Shown here piece after piece: positions 23,864 through 38,930 of a stretch of 64,000 bases of DNA. The notes under the pieces were generated by a model. It saw nothing but the letters and a program-made list of their open reading frames with translations. It had not been told where the DNA came from and searched no databases. This DNA comes from Octopus vulgaris (taxonomy: Eukaryota): contig OX597815.1 of the NCBI GenBank assembly GCA_951406725.2, forward strand, positions 14,694,001 to 14,758,000. Reading direction: 5' to 3'. How positions within the stretch are numbered: position 1 is the stretch's first letter; the number at the start of each line of letters is the position of its first letter. The translations under genes and the position numbers were made by a program.

Positions 23864-25984
23864 CTAACCTGTATGAATATGTTTGTGTTGAGTTAAGACA
23901 CTGTTCTGAGAGAATGATTTACCACAGATATCACAGGTATATGGTTTCTCCCCTGTATGAACACGCTTGTGTATAGTTAAGTTACTGCTTTCAGAGAATG
24001 ATGTTCCACAGATATCACAGGTATATGGTTTCTCCCCTGTATGAACACGCTTGTGTTTAGTTAAGTTACTGCTTTCAGAGAATGATCTTCCACAGATATC
24101 ACAGGTATATGGTTTCTCCCCTGTATGAATACGTTTGTGTATATTTAAGCCACCGCTATGAGAGAATGATTTACCACAGATATCACAGGAATATGGTTTC
24201 CCTCCTGTATGGATACGTTTGTGTTGAGTTACAGCACTGCCAAAACAGAATGATTTACCACAGATATCACAGGTATATGGTTTCTCCTCTGTATGAACCC
24301 ATTTGTGTTTAGTTAAGCTACTGCTATGAGAGAATAAATTACCACAGATATCACAAGAATATGGTTTCTCTCCCGTATGGATACGCGTGTGTGAAGTTAA
24401 GCCACCGCTATGAGAGAAAGATTTACCACAGATATCACAGTGATATGGTTTCTCCCCTGTATGAATATTTTTGTGTTGAGTTAAATGACTGTGATCAGAG
24501 AATGATTTTCCACAGATATCACAGGTATATGGTTTCTCCTCTGTATGAACCCATTTGTGAGTAGTTAAGCCACTGCTATGAGAGAATGATTTACCACAGA
24601 TATCACAGTGATATGGTTTATCACCTGTATGAATACGTTTGTGTTTAGTTAAGACACCGTTCTGAGAGAATGATTTACCACAGATATCACAGTGATATGG
24701 TTTCTCACCTGTATGAATACATTTGTGTTTAGTTAAGACACCGTTCTGAGAGAATGATTTACCACAGATATCACAGTGATATGGTTTCTCTCCTGTATGG
24801 ATACGTGTGTGTTTAGTTAAGTGACTGCAAGCAGTGAATGATTTACCACAGATATCACAGTGATATGGTTTCTCCCCAGTATGAATACGTCTGTGCGTAG
24901 TCAGGGTAGTGTTTTGAGAGAATGATATACCACAGATATCACAGTGATATGGTTTCTCCTCTGTATGAACCCATTTGTGAGTAGTTAAGCCACTGCTATG
25001 AGAGAATGATTTACCACAGATATCACAGTGATATGGTTTCTCACCTGTATGAACACGTTTGTGTCGAGTTAAGGGACTGCCATTAGAGAATGATATACCA
25101 CAGATATCACAGTGATATGGTTTCTCGCCTGTATGAATACGATTGTGCTTAGTTAAGCTGCCACTTTGAGAGAAAGATTTACTACAGATATCACAGGAAT
25201 ATGGTTTCTCCCCTGTATGAGTACGTTTGTGCTTAGTTACGCTACTTCCATCAAGGAAAGATTTACCACAGATATCACAGTGATATCGTTTCTCCCCTGT
25301 ATGAATGTGTTTGTGAATTGTCAAGTTACTTCCTAAAGTGAAGGATTTACCACAGATATCACAATGATAAGGTTTCTCTCCTGTATGAACACGTTTGTGC
25401 TTAGTTACGCTACTTCCAGCAGGGAAAGATTTACCACAGATATCACAGTGATATGGTTTCTCCCCTGTATGAATGTGTTTGTGAATTGTCAAGTTACTTC
25501 CTAAAGTGAAGGATTTACCACAGATATCACAATGATAAGGTTTCTCTCCTGTATGAACCCGTTTGTGTCGAGTTAAGTGACTGCTATTAGAGAATAATTT
25601 ACCACAGATATCACAGTGATATGGTTTCTCCCCTGTATGAATACGTTTGTGCTTAGTTACGCTATTTGCATCAGAGAAAGATTTACCACAGATATCACAA
25701 TGATAAGGTTTCTCTCCTGTATGAACCCGTTTGTGTCGAGTTAAGTGACTGCCATTAGAGAATGATTTACCACAGATATCACAGTGATATGGTTTCTCTC
25801 CTCTATGAATACGTTTGTGTTGAGTTAAGCTATTCCTGTGAGACAATGATTTACCACTGATATCACAGTGATATGGTGCTTCCCCTGCATGAATTTGTTT
25901 GTGTTGATTGAGTTTACTTTCTTCTAAGAATGACTCTTTGCAGATGTCACAGTCATATGATGATTTTCCTAATTCTTCCGACAT
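23864..25984 (-). CDS. Poly-C2H2 zinc-finger protein G2, 706 aa, identical protein to G1
   Basis: ORF translation identical to 10929-13049. Confidence 0.97.
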   Translation of the reverse strand: MSEELGKSSYDCDICKESFLEESKLNQHKQIHAGEAPYHCDISGKSLSHRNSLTQHKRIHRGEKPYHCDICGKSFSNGSHLTRHKRVHTGEKPYHCDICGKSFSDANSVTKHKRIHTGEKPYHCDICGKLFSNSSHLTRHKRVHTGEKPYHCDICGKSFTLGSNLTIHKHIHTGEKPYHCDICGKSFPAGSSVTKHKRVHTGEKPYHCDICGKSFTLGSNLTIHKHIHTGEKRYHCDICGKSFLDGSSVTKHKRTHTGEKPYSCDICSKSFSQSGSLTKHNRIHTGEKPYHCDICGISFSNGSPLTRHKRVHTGEKPYHCDICGKSFSHSSGLTTHKWVHTEEKPYHCDICGISFSQNTTLTTHRRIHTGEKPYHCDICGKSFTACSHLTKHTRIHTGEKPYHCDICGKSFSQNGVLTKHKCIHTGEKPYHCDICGKSFSQNGVLTKHKRIHTGDKPYHCDICGKSFSHSSGLTTHKWVHTEEKPYTCDICGKSFSDHSHLTQHKNIHTGEKPYHCDICGKSFSHSGGLTSHTRIHTGEKPYSCDICGNLFSHSSSLTKHKWVHTEEKPYTCDICGKSFCFGSAVTQHKRIHTGGKPYSCDICGKSFSHSGGLNIHKRIHTGEKPYTCDICGRSFSESSNLTKHKRVHTGEKPYTCDICGTSFSESSNLTIHKRVHTGEKPYTCDICGKSFSQNSVLTQHKHIHTG

Positions 25985-27070
25985 CTCTTCAAGAAAAATA
26001 AAACTGAACCTTTAAGTTGTACAGATCAACAACTTTTCAAAAATATTTCTTCTCTCACCAAAATATATGGATATTTTTCTTCTTTTTGTTTTTATAGTTT
26101 ATTCCAAACAAATATCACTTCTCTTATATTTCTTCTAAATGTGATCAATGCCAATATTTAAAAATGCCGCAAGTACTCTTTGGAAATCTATCAAAGTATA
26201 TTTAAAAGAGAAAATTATCTCTTGCACATTTCAGACACAGAAGTAAAGAAATGCTTTCTCTCTCAGAGGAAATATTTTACTGTAACTCAGCAACGTTTTA
26301 TAGAAGCAGGATTATATGTTTATCGAATATCTTTGCAGAGTCTTTTAAACATGAAACACATTGATGATTCTTTAAAAGTAAAAATTACTTTTTAGCCAAT
26401 TTCATGTGATTTTCTGAAAGAATACGAAGGTAATATAAGATATCAAGTATGTTTAAAAGGCAGATATTCAAAAGTGCAAATTTACGACATTTCTTGTTTC
26501 AAAAATTTTAGATGTAATTCTTTATCTGTACTATTAAATTTATCCAATTTCTGCATTACCAAAATGTTTATATCATAGAGGAGACACATCTATTATAATA
26601 CCAACTCCTGGAATATAAAGTCTGTCATAGACACACTTCCACATACACACACACACACACACCAATATACATATAAATGACACTAGATTTCTGATGTTTT
26701 CATTGCAGTCTTGTATCTTTGTTTGCTAAAATAGATATCGCTCTTTCCCTAACTTCATCATCATCATCGTTTAACATCTGCTTTCCACGCTGGCATGGGT
26801 TGTGAGGTTTGACTGAGGACTGGCAAGCCATGAGGTTGAACAAGGTTTCAATCTTATCAGGCAAGATTTCTACAGCTGGATGCTGTTTGAGTGTGTAGCG
26901 GTTGCCTTTTATATGTGCCACGGAGCCAGTCAGGTAGCATTGGTATCGACTATGCTTGAATGGTGCCTTTTAACGTGCCACCGGCACGGGTGCAAGTCAG
27001 GCAGCACTAGCATCAATCATGTTCAAATGGTACTTTTTACATGCTACCTGCATGGGAGCCATATATACAA

Positions 27071-27127
<57 letters not shown>

Positions 27128-28424
27128 AGGTTATCTCAACGTTAATATTTTGCTGAGCATAAAAGATGAATAAATGTCAGTAAATAATATTGATGTCGCA
27201 CTAACAGCATCAAAATCCTTAGTGGGGAAATTTTAATGTAGGAAAAATTATTGGTTGATGTGGAGAATGAAAGCCAGATTCCTCCAAAGAGTTTGGCGCG
27301 TCCTGAAGAAGGCAATGTGCTGTTGAAATGGCCACCACGTTCACCTGAGCTGACATCTTGCCATTTCTTTCTCAGGGAGGGCCTAGTCTATGTCTCCCCT
27401 CTTCCTGCAAGCCCAGAGGAACTTAAGCAGAGAATTATTACCATACTGGTCGTGAGATGTGCGAAAAATAACAGTTAAATAGCTCATAAATCACAGTTCA
27501 TTGTTTTCTTTTTTTGGTTGCCTGACCGAACGAATTCTCGTACGCAGAAATTTCTGAAAATTCCCCCAAATAAAAATATGTGACGAGGGATTATATTAGG
27601 TGCTTAAAGTAGCACTACACACACACAAAAATTAAATTAATTAGAAAACCACATTAATTCTAACTTTTAATGATGCAGAAGAACCACCAGAAATAAAAAC
27701 TTCCTATGTTTCAAATAAAAGCTATTCCATTTCCTCTCGATGCGATATTTGCTTTTCGTTTCAGTATTTCAAGTGCACACTCGTATTTTTATACATTCCC
27801 CATTTCTAACTAATTACATCGTAATTTTCCCGCATTTAACGAAATTGTCGAATTTACACGTTAGAAAGAAAGATAAATGTTATCTAAACAAGGGATTGAT
27901 CCGACGTTTTTACAAATAATTTAGAAAATAACCAAAAGTGCAATGAAATGTCTAAAAGAAAACGACAACACAATAAAAGTATTAAAATTACAGCCTTTCG
28001 TATAATTTCGTCTTAGTGAGATTTTTTTTTCCTTTTAACTTTCTCAACACATCGAAACAAATAAATGTACATAATACGACACATGTATAATAGAAATGTT
28101 TAAATAAATACTTACATAGTAATAGATATGGAGAGAAAGAGTGAAGGAGGAAGACGTGAGAACTGGAGTCTGAGTGGACAACGACAGCTTCAAGAGAATT
28201 TCTAGATTTCTACAACAAACGTTAATTAATATTTTTCAGGTCCACATAATCGTAAATGGGGTATCTGTTTCTTTAGACAGTTAATTACCAGTCACTTGTA
28301 TATATTTGATTGGATTTTCTCTTAAATATCAGTTGTCAAGTGGAACTGATCAAGCAATCAAGGTGCGTGGGAAACAAGAACAAGAAATACTCTTAATGAG
28401 GAAGAACAAGGGGAACTAACTCCG

Positions 28425-31400
28425 TATTTCTTTATTATGATTATACAATCGTTACATAGAAGGACAAATACAGGACATACATGCAAAAAACAGTTAAGAG
28501 GTTCGATTAAAAATTTTCCATAACATTTGGATTATTCATTATAAAAATTCGTCTGTAAATTGTCCTTTACATGACCAATAGAATATTATAACATTACATA
28601 AACTTTCGATCTTACCGAAGTTTTAAACCCCGGCAATTTATAAGGCCCCGCAGCTTTTGTTTCCTCTCCTCCCTCCATAGTTAAGCTGGGTTTCTGACAC
28701 CCACCTTTTTTTCCACTTCCTTCCATCTTTTCTCATACACACCCCGTGGTAAGATCCTCTTTTCCAGCCCCATTTTGCTCTTCAGATGATATCTGAAGTA
28801 AGTGAGCAAGCCGGGGCCCGAGACAAAGGATCCTATCGCGACTCCTTCCATTCTTGTACGCCACATGCATTCTTTTACTACTGCAACCGTGCAGTGAAAA
28901 CATGCCTCACCTTCCTTCGAGAGTCCAGTTGGCGGTATCATCTTAATCATAGACTCAGCCGACAGCTGTACTCGTCCCAGATGCGATAACACGTGTTCTG
29001 CGTAACTTATCAAGTCGGACAACTTCCGACAGTGTACAAAAGCGTGCTGGACGGTTTCATCGTCCAACTCGCACCTTGGACACGTCGGTGGCACTGAAAT
29101 TCCGTGCCGCGATAACTTCTCGCGAACAGGTAAAGCATTCCTATAGCACTGCCAGGCCAGGGATCTTTGGAAATTATCCAAATACCCCGTCCTGAAAGTC
29201 TTTTTAAACAGGTTGGTAAGCTGGTCTTCGTCAAACCCCAGAGCCCCTCCTAGGACGTCGTCGTTCTTTGCCTCTACCAGCCTTCTATAAAATACCGAGG
29301 TGGTATTTCCGCAGCCGGCCTTGCCCGCCTTGTGGATCAGCGTGAGTGCGTGTCGGCACTCCTTTTGCCATAAAGTCAGTTTCCATCTTTTGATGCGACC
29401 GGGTTTAAAATTCTCTAAGGAGGCCGGTCTCGGGAAAAATTCCCCTGCCAGCGGACTCCACACCTTATCACCCTCCAGGTGGTGCCAGAGATGCTTCAGC
29501 CTCAACGCATGTCTGCGCATCATCAACCAAGGCATTCCTAACCCACCCTTTAACGGTTCCTGGCAGCAAACGGAGCGCCTCACAAGTGGCTTTCCTCCCT
29601 TCCACAAAAAGCGGAAAAGGATTCGCTCCAACTTGCTAAGCCATAAATCGGGGCAAGGGACAACGGTCAGGCGGTAAGTGATTACAGATGCAATGAACAT
29701 CTGTACCACCTCCACCCTTCCTTTCAAGGACAGAAACCTTCCGGACCAGGTCCGTACTATGGCCTCCACCTTGCTCGTCACCTCACTCCAGTTCCTCTCC
29801 GTTTGGGAGTCTGGTCCAAACCAAACTCCTAGCAACTTAACAGGGCCATCCGTCCAGTGTCCCACGACAGTGGACGATATCGACTTGCTCCTCCAGGTGC
29901 CGAGGCGCAAGCCAACCGACTTGTCCTTGTTAACCTTTGCTCCTGCCACCGCCTCGTATCCTCTGATAGCCTCTTCCACACAAGGTAGCTGGGCCTCATT
30001 GGACACGATGAGGGTGACGTCATCCGCATAAGCAGTAACCGTCCTCCCACCTCCGATCTCATCCGAGTTACTTCCCAGCTACCAACCTGAAGGACTGTTT
30101 ACTTACGTGGGTCACATCCAGAACAACCAGCCTGCCTTCTGGGTCCAGAAAGACAGTACTTACCTGCAAGTCCAAGCTCTTCCTGATAAGGACTGCCATG
30201 CCTCTGCCTCTTCCTCGGCTAGGAGAAATAAATTTCTCGAACCCATTTAGAAGAGGCGAGAACGCTTGGGCCTCGTTCATCTTGGACTCGGTTGCAATAG
30301 CTATGTCCACTCCATGTGTCGTGAGGTCGTTCAGGAAACAAATTTGTTTCCATTTCGTCCCCATTCCACGTACATTCACACAACCCAGCTTAGCCATTGT
30401 CGGTGAGAGAAAAAATAAATGAACTTACGGTTGAGAAAGGGAGCATGACAGTTTAAATCTGCCCGCTTCCCCTTCTTCCTCCCTTGTGGTCGTAGCTGCA
30501 GGGCTCTTAACCGGCGTTGCCACCGGGCTCTGGGTAGGTGTGGTTGCCGGGGTTATAACAAGTTTACCCTCCAGTACTTCCTTTGTTACGTCTCTTATCA
30601 GTCTATTCTTTAGATGTTCTTGTAGTATTTCCTCCTTCCACTCGTCTTCCTTTATTTTTGCGAAGCGAGTGGTTGCTTTTATGTCTGTAGCCTTGCTAAA
30701 TAGTTTAAATTTGGAAAATTTAAAGTATTTATATACCCTCTCGTTTTTTTCATCAAATGCAATGATATTATCATTTTTTTTTTAAAGACTTTTTCACATC
30801 TTGTTTTATGGGGAGGGGCTTGGCGAACTATTTTCCAATGAATACAGTGCCGTGGGGGTAGGGCTGGGGAATTTGCTTTGTGTGTATGTCTGCGGTGCTT
30901 GCTGATTTTTTCCTTGTTTGGGGAGGGGAGTCCAGGGTGTTATCCTTCTTTCCTCTGTGTGTCACCCGTGTGCAATCCATCCGCCTCTGCTTCCCTGCCC
31001 GTCGTCGTCCTGCTCTCCCCCTCCGCCCTCTCCCCTTCAGTGCTTGAAGCACCTTGAGGAGGGGCCTCGTTGTCTTTCCTCTCCTTTAAGCAGCTCGAGC
31101 GGACGTGACCCCTCTCGCCACACTCAAAACACCTAGGTCTGCGCCCCTCCACTGACACTCCCATGGACGCTCCATCCTCATCAAACATCCCATCGGGCAG
31201 GCTCTCCAACATCTTGTTCTCCGCCTGAACGAGGAGCTCCAGCGTCCGTCCCCTCCAGCGCACCTCCTCCCTCCCTCTCATCCGCAGAATCGAAACCTCC
31301 CGCTCAACATTGCGCAGGACCGCCGCTGCCACCCACACTATATCACACCCTCTCGGTACGTCCTCCACCAGCAGCTCAGCCGCTCCCCACCCCCATACAC

Positions 31401-32042
31401 GAGGGCAGCAACATGATATCATCATTTTTCAGGGTCACAGATGACACCTCTCCTGCCACCTCAGCCGAGTCAAAATGTGATTCAACAGCAGCACTGCGAG
31501 CACCTCGAACGACACGGCGAATCCCGTCCCACACCGGGGACAAGCACTCCTCGACCATCTCGCTTCTAACGTCCATAATTTTCCCCTCCTTGCAGCTATA
31601 CACCTTGTATACAACTGTTCCTTCCTCTGCCTCTTGCACCTTCGCCTGCGGCGGCACAAGCTCGATTTCGCCTCCCTCCACCTTTACAAAGTTCCCAAAT
31701 TCGAACAGCTGTTCGATCCTGGATTCAACGTCCATCATGGTTCCGCCCACCGCGGCCGAAAAAGACCGTTTTGCCACTTCAGTGTCCCCCAATTCACCCG
31801 CTCCCATCGCGGGAAAATCATTCCTCGACGCCAAGTCGAAATCCATTTCTCAAAAATGTTTCAAAAACCACCTCGAAGGCAACAACAATTTCAAACACAG
31901 AATTCTCCGCCCCGCAGGGCGAAAACCACCGTTACACAACGGGCACCGTTCAATCAACAACCAACACAAACAACGATGAGCAAAAAATCGAACTCTCTCA
32001 ACAAAAGGCAGCAAACTTCTCAAAACGCAGATGAAAGTTCAA
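28425..32042 (-). mobile_element. Internally deleted Tx1 element, copy 3 (ORF2 C-terminus intact to stop at 28681)
   Basis: Same TSD and junction; ORF 28681-30006 ends KRWKEVEKKVGVRNPA*. Confidence 0.92.
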
Positions 32043-34105
32043 GGGAACTAACTCCAGTCTTTAAAGAATTGCGGCTCTACTTTAATAGATTTGGGATTTT
32101 GTGAAAGAGATTTCTTCAATATTCGGCTTCATCACTGTTATGTGTTGTTTTCTTCTAATGGGATAAACAACTCAATACGAAGCATAGTTATTCTTTTACG
32201 TGTTTAATTACTTTTTCATGTTACGCGAACTGGACTACATTCCGCGCAGCGACACCGGTATAACTTTAGACACAGCGTAGTAATACTTATAAAATAGTGC
32301 CAAAAGCGGGGACGTATTCCGCACACACACGCCCACGCATATATATGAACGTGTAACATCCCTTTTTTTTTGAAAAAAAAAAGGGGTCTTTTGGCAGTGA
32401 AGACAAATATAGCAGTCTCCCTTACTCTAATGGATTGTCAGCGCGAGGTGGAAATCCTGCAGCAGAAACCGTGAGATTATTCTGCCTCTGCTTTGTAATC
32501 GAGCAGAATTAGTTACTTGTCTTTTCATTTATTTGGAAAAAACTTTATCATGAATAAAAAGAGAAAATATTTACGTTTTTTAAAATCAAAATATACCATT
32601 GGTTTAATTGCCTAAAAAACATTTTCCGATTAATTATCCCACCGCTGCCACCATGTTATGTTTTATTTCGTTCTAATGGGATAAACAACTCAATACGAAG
32701 CCATTGTTATTCTTTTACGTGTTTAATTACCTTTTCATGTTACACGAACTGGACTACATTCAGCGTAGTGATACATATAAACTTTATACTGTCACTAACA
32801 AAATAGTGCCAAAAGTGGGGATGTATTCTACTTACGTATACCTGCGTATTCACACAGATATGAATGTGTCACACTGTGGTTTAAAGTTTGATCATTCTTA
32901 CCCATTAAGAAAACAATATTTGGAAGCTGTCATTTTGTTCATGTAAAAAAGGGGTGTGAAATGTCAAATTATTGTGATTTTGGACTTTTTACAGGTTAAT
33001 TCATACGATTCTGCAAATACGTAATATAAAAAAAACTTTGTTCAATTAAAAACAAATTACTTTTAACTATGCACTGTCCATCACCATTTCCTCCACCACA
33101 ACCATCATCTCTCTCTCTCTCTTTGTGCCTCAAATCTCACCATCAGAACATCACCACTCTGCTAAAATTATATTGCTAACTTCTCTATATCATCAACTTC
33201 AACTGACTTTTTTAACGATGTAAGAAATATTATGTTCCCCTCTATCACATATCATGTACACTTCTCTCTGTTCCTCTTTCTATCTTACTCTTTGCTTTAA
33301 TATATGGGTGCTTGAAACTCTTAGATAAGAATTGCTGGGACCAGTATTCCGTTTGGGACATGCTTTTGAAAAGGAAAGAAAGCATGCCCTTTTTTGGAAC
33401 GACTTCTGACTGGAGACGAAAAATGGATTGCATGCTTAATGTTGTGCAAAACTGATCCTGGAGTTTGCAGAAATATCCCCCAAGCAGCCAAAGATGAATA
33501 TCCATGGCAACAAACCCGTCCTTTGTGTTTGGTGGAAACATAAAGGCATTAATATGACCTTCTCCCATGAAACCAGACCATTCATTCTGTTGTGTTCTGT
33601 CGTCAACTGGCTAATTTGAACCAAAATATATCAAAGAACTGCGGCTGGAGATTACCAACAGAAAAGCATTAGTCTTCCAACAAGACAATGCCCGATCATT
33701 GTCAAATAGAAAGGATTCACCCTATCTCCCTCATATTCCTTATAGTCTTCATTTTTATGTCGTATGTTTTTTAAACCAATATTCTTTCACCCGATGCATT
33801 CTTAATTGAATTCTTCTCTTTTTGCTTTGCATCTCTTACAGATTTAAGTCTTTAATTTTATAAATATATATTTATATAATCTTTTAGCTGTTTATCCATT
33901 ATCCAAAAACAAAAGCTCCCGGTCACTAGTCATGGCCTCGGTGTCCAGTGAGGCAATGGATTGGGTTATTCCTGAAACCAAAACACTCTAAAGTGGAGCC
34001 TGTATTGTGTCTGCATCAAAAGATAGTCGCTCATCTGCTACTCACTGAAAACTGAAGGAAATTGGAATACGGTAATTACTTAATACACTTTATGCACAAT
34101 TTTAT

Positions 34106-35200
34106 GAGGTTGTCACAGTTCTAGGACAGCACTCTTCGCCCTATGAGATGACATCTGGTGTACCACAGGGATCTGTTCTTGGCCCCCTTTTATTTGTTGC
34201 ATATGTTAATGATATAGATGCCAACTTAAAGAATGCCACAGTGCTGAAATATGCAGATGACATCAAGCTGTACCACGAAATAAAGAGGTCAAATCTATTG
34301 CAAGCAGACCTGGACACAATGCAGCAGTGGATCATGGATTGGCAACTCAAGCTGGCTGTGGACAAATGTACCACCATGCATTTTGGGAGGAGAAACCCAG
34401 CGTCCACCTACTCCCTCCACAACACTAGTCTCAAAAAGTCTTCAGGTGAACGTGACCTGGGTGTTATTGTCGACAGTGATTTGCGTTGGACAAAACACAT
34501 CGCTAAAATTGTCAAGTAGGCTGAGGGTGTCTTGGCATCACTCACCAAATCCTTTGTGAGCCGCACTCCGGCTATACATCTGCGGCTTTATATAGCTATG
34601 GTAAGACCTCACCTGGAATTTGCATCACTGGTCTGGAACCCCTATCTTGCCCAGGATATCAATCGTCTGGAAGCTGTTCAGCGACGTGCAACCAAAAGAA
34701 TACCCTCCATCAGGCATTTGCCATATCCTGAACGCCTTACTTCCCTGGGCATGGACACATTGAAACTCCGACGTCTGGCAGTTGAAGTGGCAGACACCCA
34801 TAAAATTATCAACCATCGTACAAACAATAACTCTGAGCACCATTTCAAACTCCACCCATCTAACACCCGTGGACATATTTACAAAGTAAGAAAACAGCAC
34901 AGTTCCCATGACTTCAGGAAACATTTTTTCATGCTGAGAGTTGCTGAAGCATGGAACAAACTGCCGGCATCAGTTGTTAGTTGTCGGAGCACTGCATCCT
35001 TCAAAACTTCCATGCTTCCTGAGATCCGCCAACGCTACACTTGATTTTCTCCCCTCCATACACACACAAGCATGTATCTGACACATACATTGTTTGCTTT
35101 CCAGACATTTCTACATTACTGCATGTACTTTATATGCACTTTCTGACAAGTTGTGGTGCACCTGAGCACTGTATGCAATAATTTCATTATTATTATATTA
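34106..35200 (+). mobile_element. 5'-truncated CR1-group LINE, copy 3
   Basis: ORFs 34148-34519 and 34532-35044. Confidence 0.92.
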
Positions 35201-36813
35201 TTATAAAATAAATATTTGCTCATATTTTTCCAGTTTTCTCATAAACAGAAAAAGATTACATTTTAAAATTTACATGGGCACAATTTCTTATCTGAAACAC
35301 GAGAAGTGTATACTAAAAAAATTACCTTATATGTAAAATATAGAGGTCAGAATTTAATGTAACATGGCTTACTCTGAAAACCACATCAGTGGTAACTTGT
35401 AAGCCAAGGTGATGGGTCAGAGAGTCAATACACATTTCAATTTGTAAGATTTGTAAAAAAAACTTAGTTCAAGTAAAAAAAAAAACATTACTTTTCACTT
35501 TGTATTCACCATCATCTGTCTCTCTCTACCTTTCTTTAACCTCTCCATCAGGACATTACCCACCTTCTAAAATTATATTCCTTACTCTCCTCTATATCAC
35601 AACCTTAACTAAATATGTCCCCCTATCACGTCATACACACTTCTCACTCTTCCCGTCTCACTCATGGCCTTATCCTTTCTCTCCAATCACATGAAAGTGT
35701 TACTGTCGACCTAAGTATCGTAATGACAAGCAGAATTATTATAAGACCACCTTCCTTTACTTTTCCCACCCTCTCACCCCACTACTCAAACTAACATAAA
35801 TACACCAGTTGAACAAACAAGCTTCTGATTACATATATACACCTACAATATTTTTGTGGGTGGTTTGGATAATATTTTTTGCAAGGTAATTACAAATCAC
35901 ATAAGGAGACCGGAGAACAGTTTGATATTATTTATTCAGCATTACATGTGTTTCATTTCCTAATAGGAATCAAAAGCTTTTAGATGTGTAGAAAACATGA
36001 AAGATATTTCCTATAAGAAATTCTTCAGAGATACATATGTGTGTGTGTGTGTGTGTGTGTGTGTATCCTTGTCCAGATATTATGTGATGTTCGGAAAGGG
36101 CCATCATGACCGTCTTGTGCAGTTGTTCATTTCCAGTCCTTCGCGTGAAATATGTCTCACCAGGGAAAATATTTCCTTGCTTGGAAACAGGTGAGCATTG
36201 GTCACAAGAAAGGTACCCAGATGTGAAAATCTCCATCAATGAATTCCATCTGATCCACAGAAGCATGAATAGGAGAATGTTAAATGATGAGGATCATCAT
36301 CATCGGGGTTCGTCTTCTGTATGAATGCATTTACATTTCAATAATTGATCATTTTCATAGATAGAGTTATCAGAAAAAGCTTAGGCTACAGTTATATCTG
36401 TCATATTAATAGGACTGTGTACAAACAATTCACCAATTTGAAAGAATGATTCAGGGTTAACATCACAGTGATATGTTTTCGTTCCTCAGTCAATGCTCTT
36501 TTGATTCAATAATGGATGATTTCATGTCAAAGATTTACCATAGATGTCACATTCATATAGTTTCTATATTCTGTGGATGTCTTTATGAGATACGTCCTTT
36601 GTCCTTCTGAGGAAATGTTATACAACAAATATCACTGTGTTAGGGACCCACTTCAGAAGGAAAGACTTGTTTAAATCAGAAATGATTTTGTGTAAATGAT
36701 TTGCCACAGATATCACTGTGAATTGATTTTTCTTGAATGTGAATGCATTTGTGTATAGGAAAGTGACTTTTTCCAGAGAATGTCTTACCACAGCTATCAC
36801 AGGTATATGGTTT

Positions 36814-38930
<2,117 letters not shown>

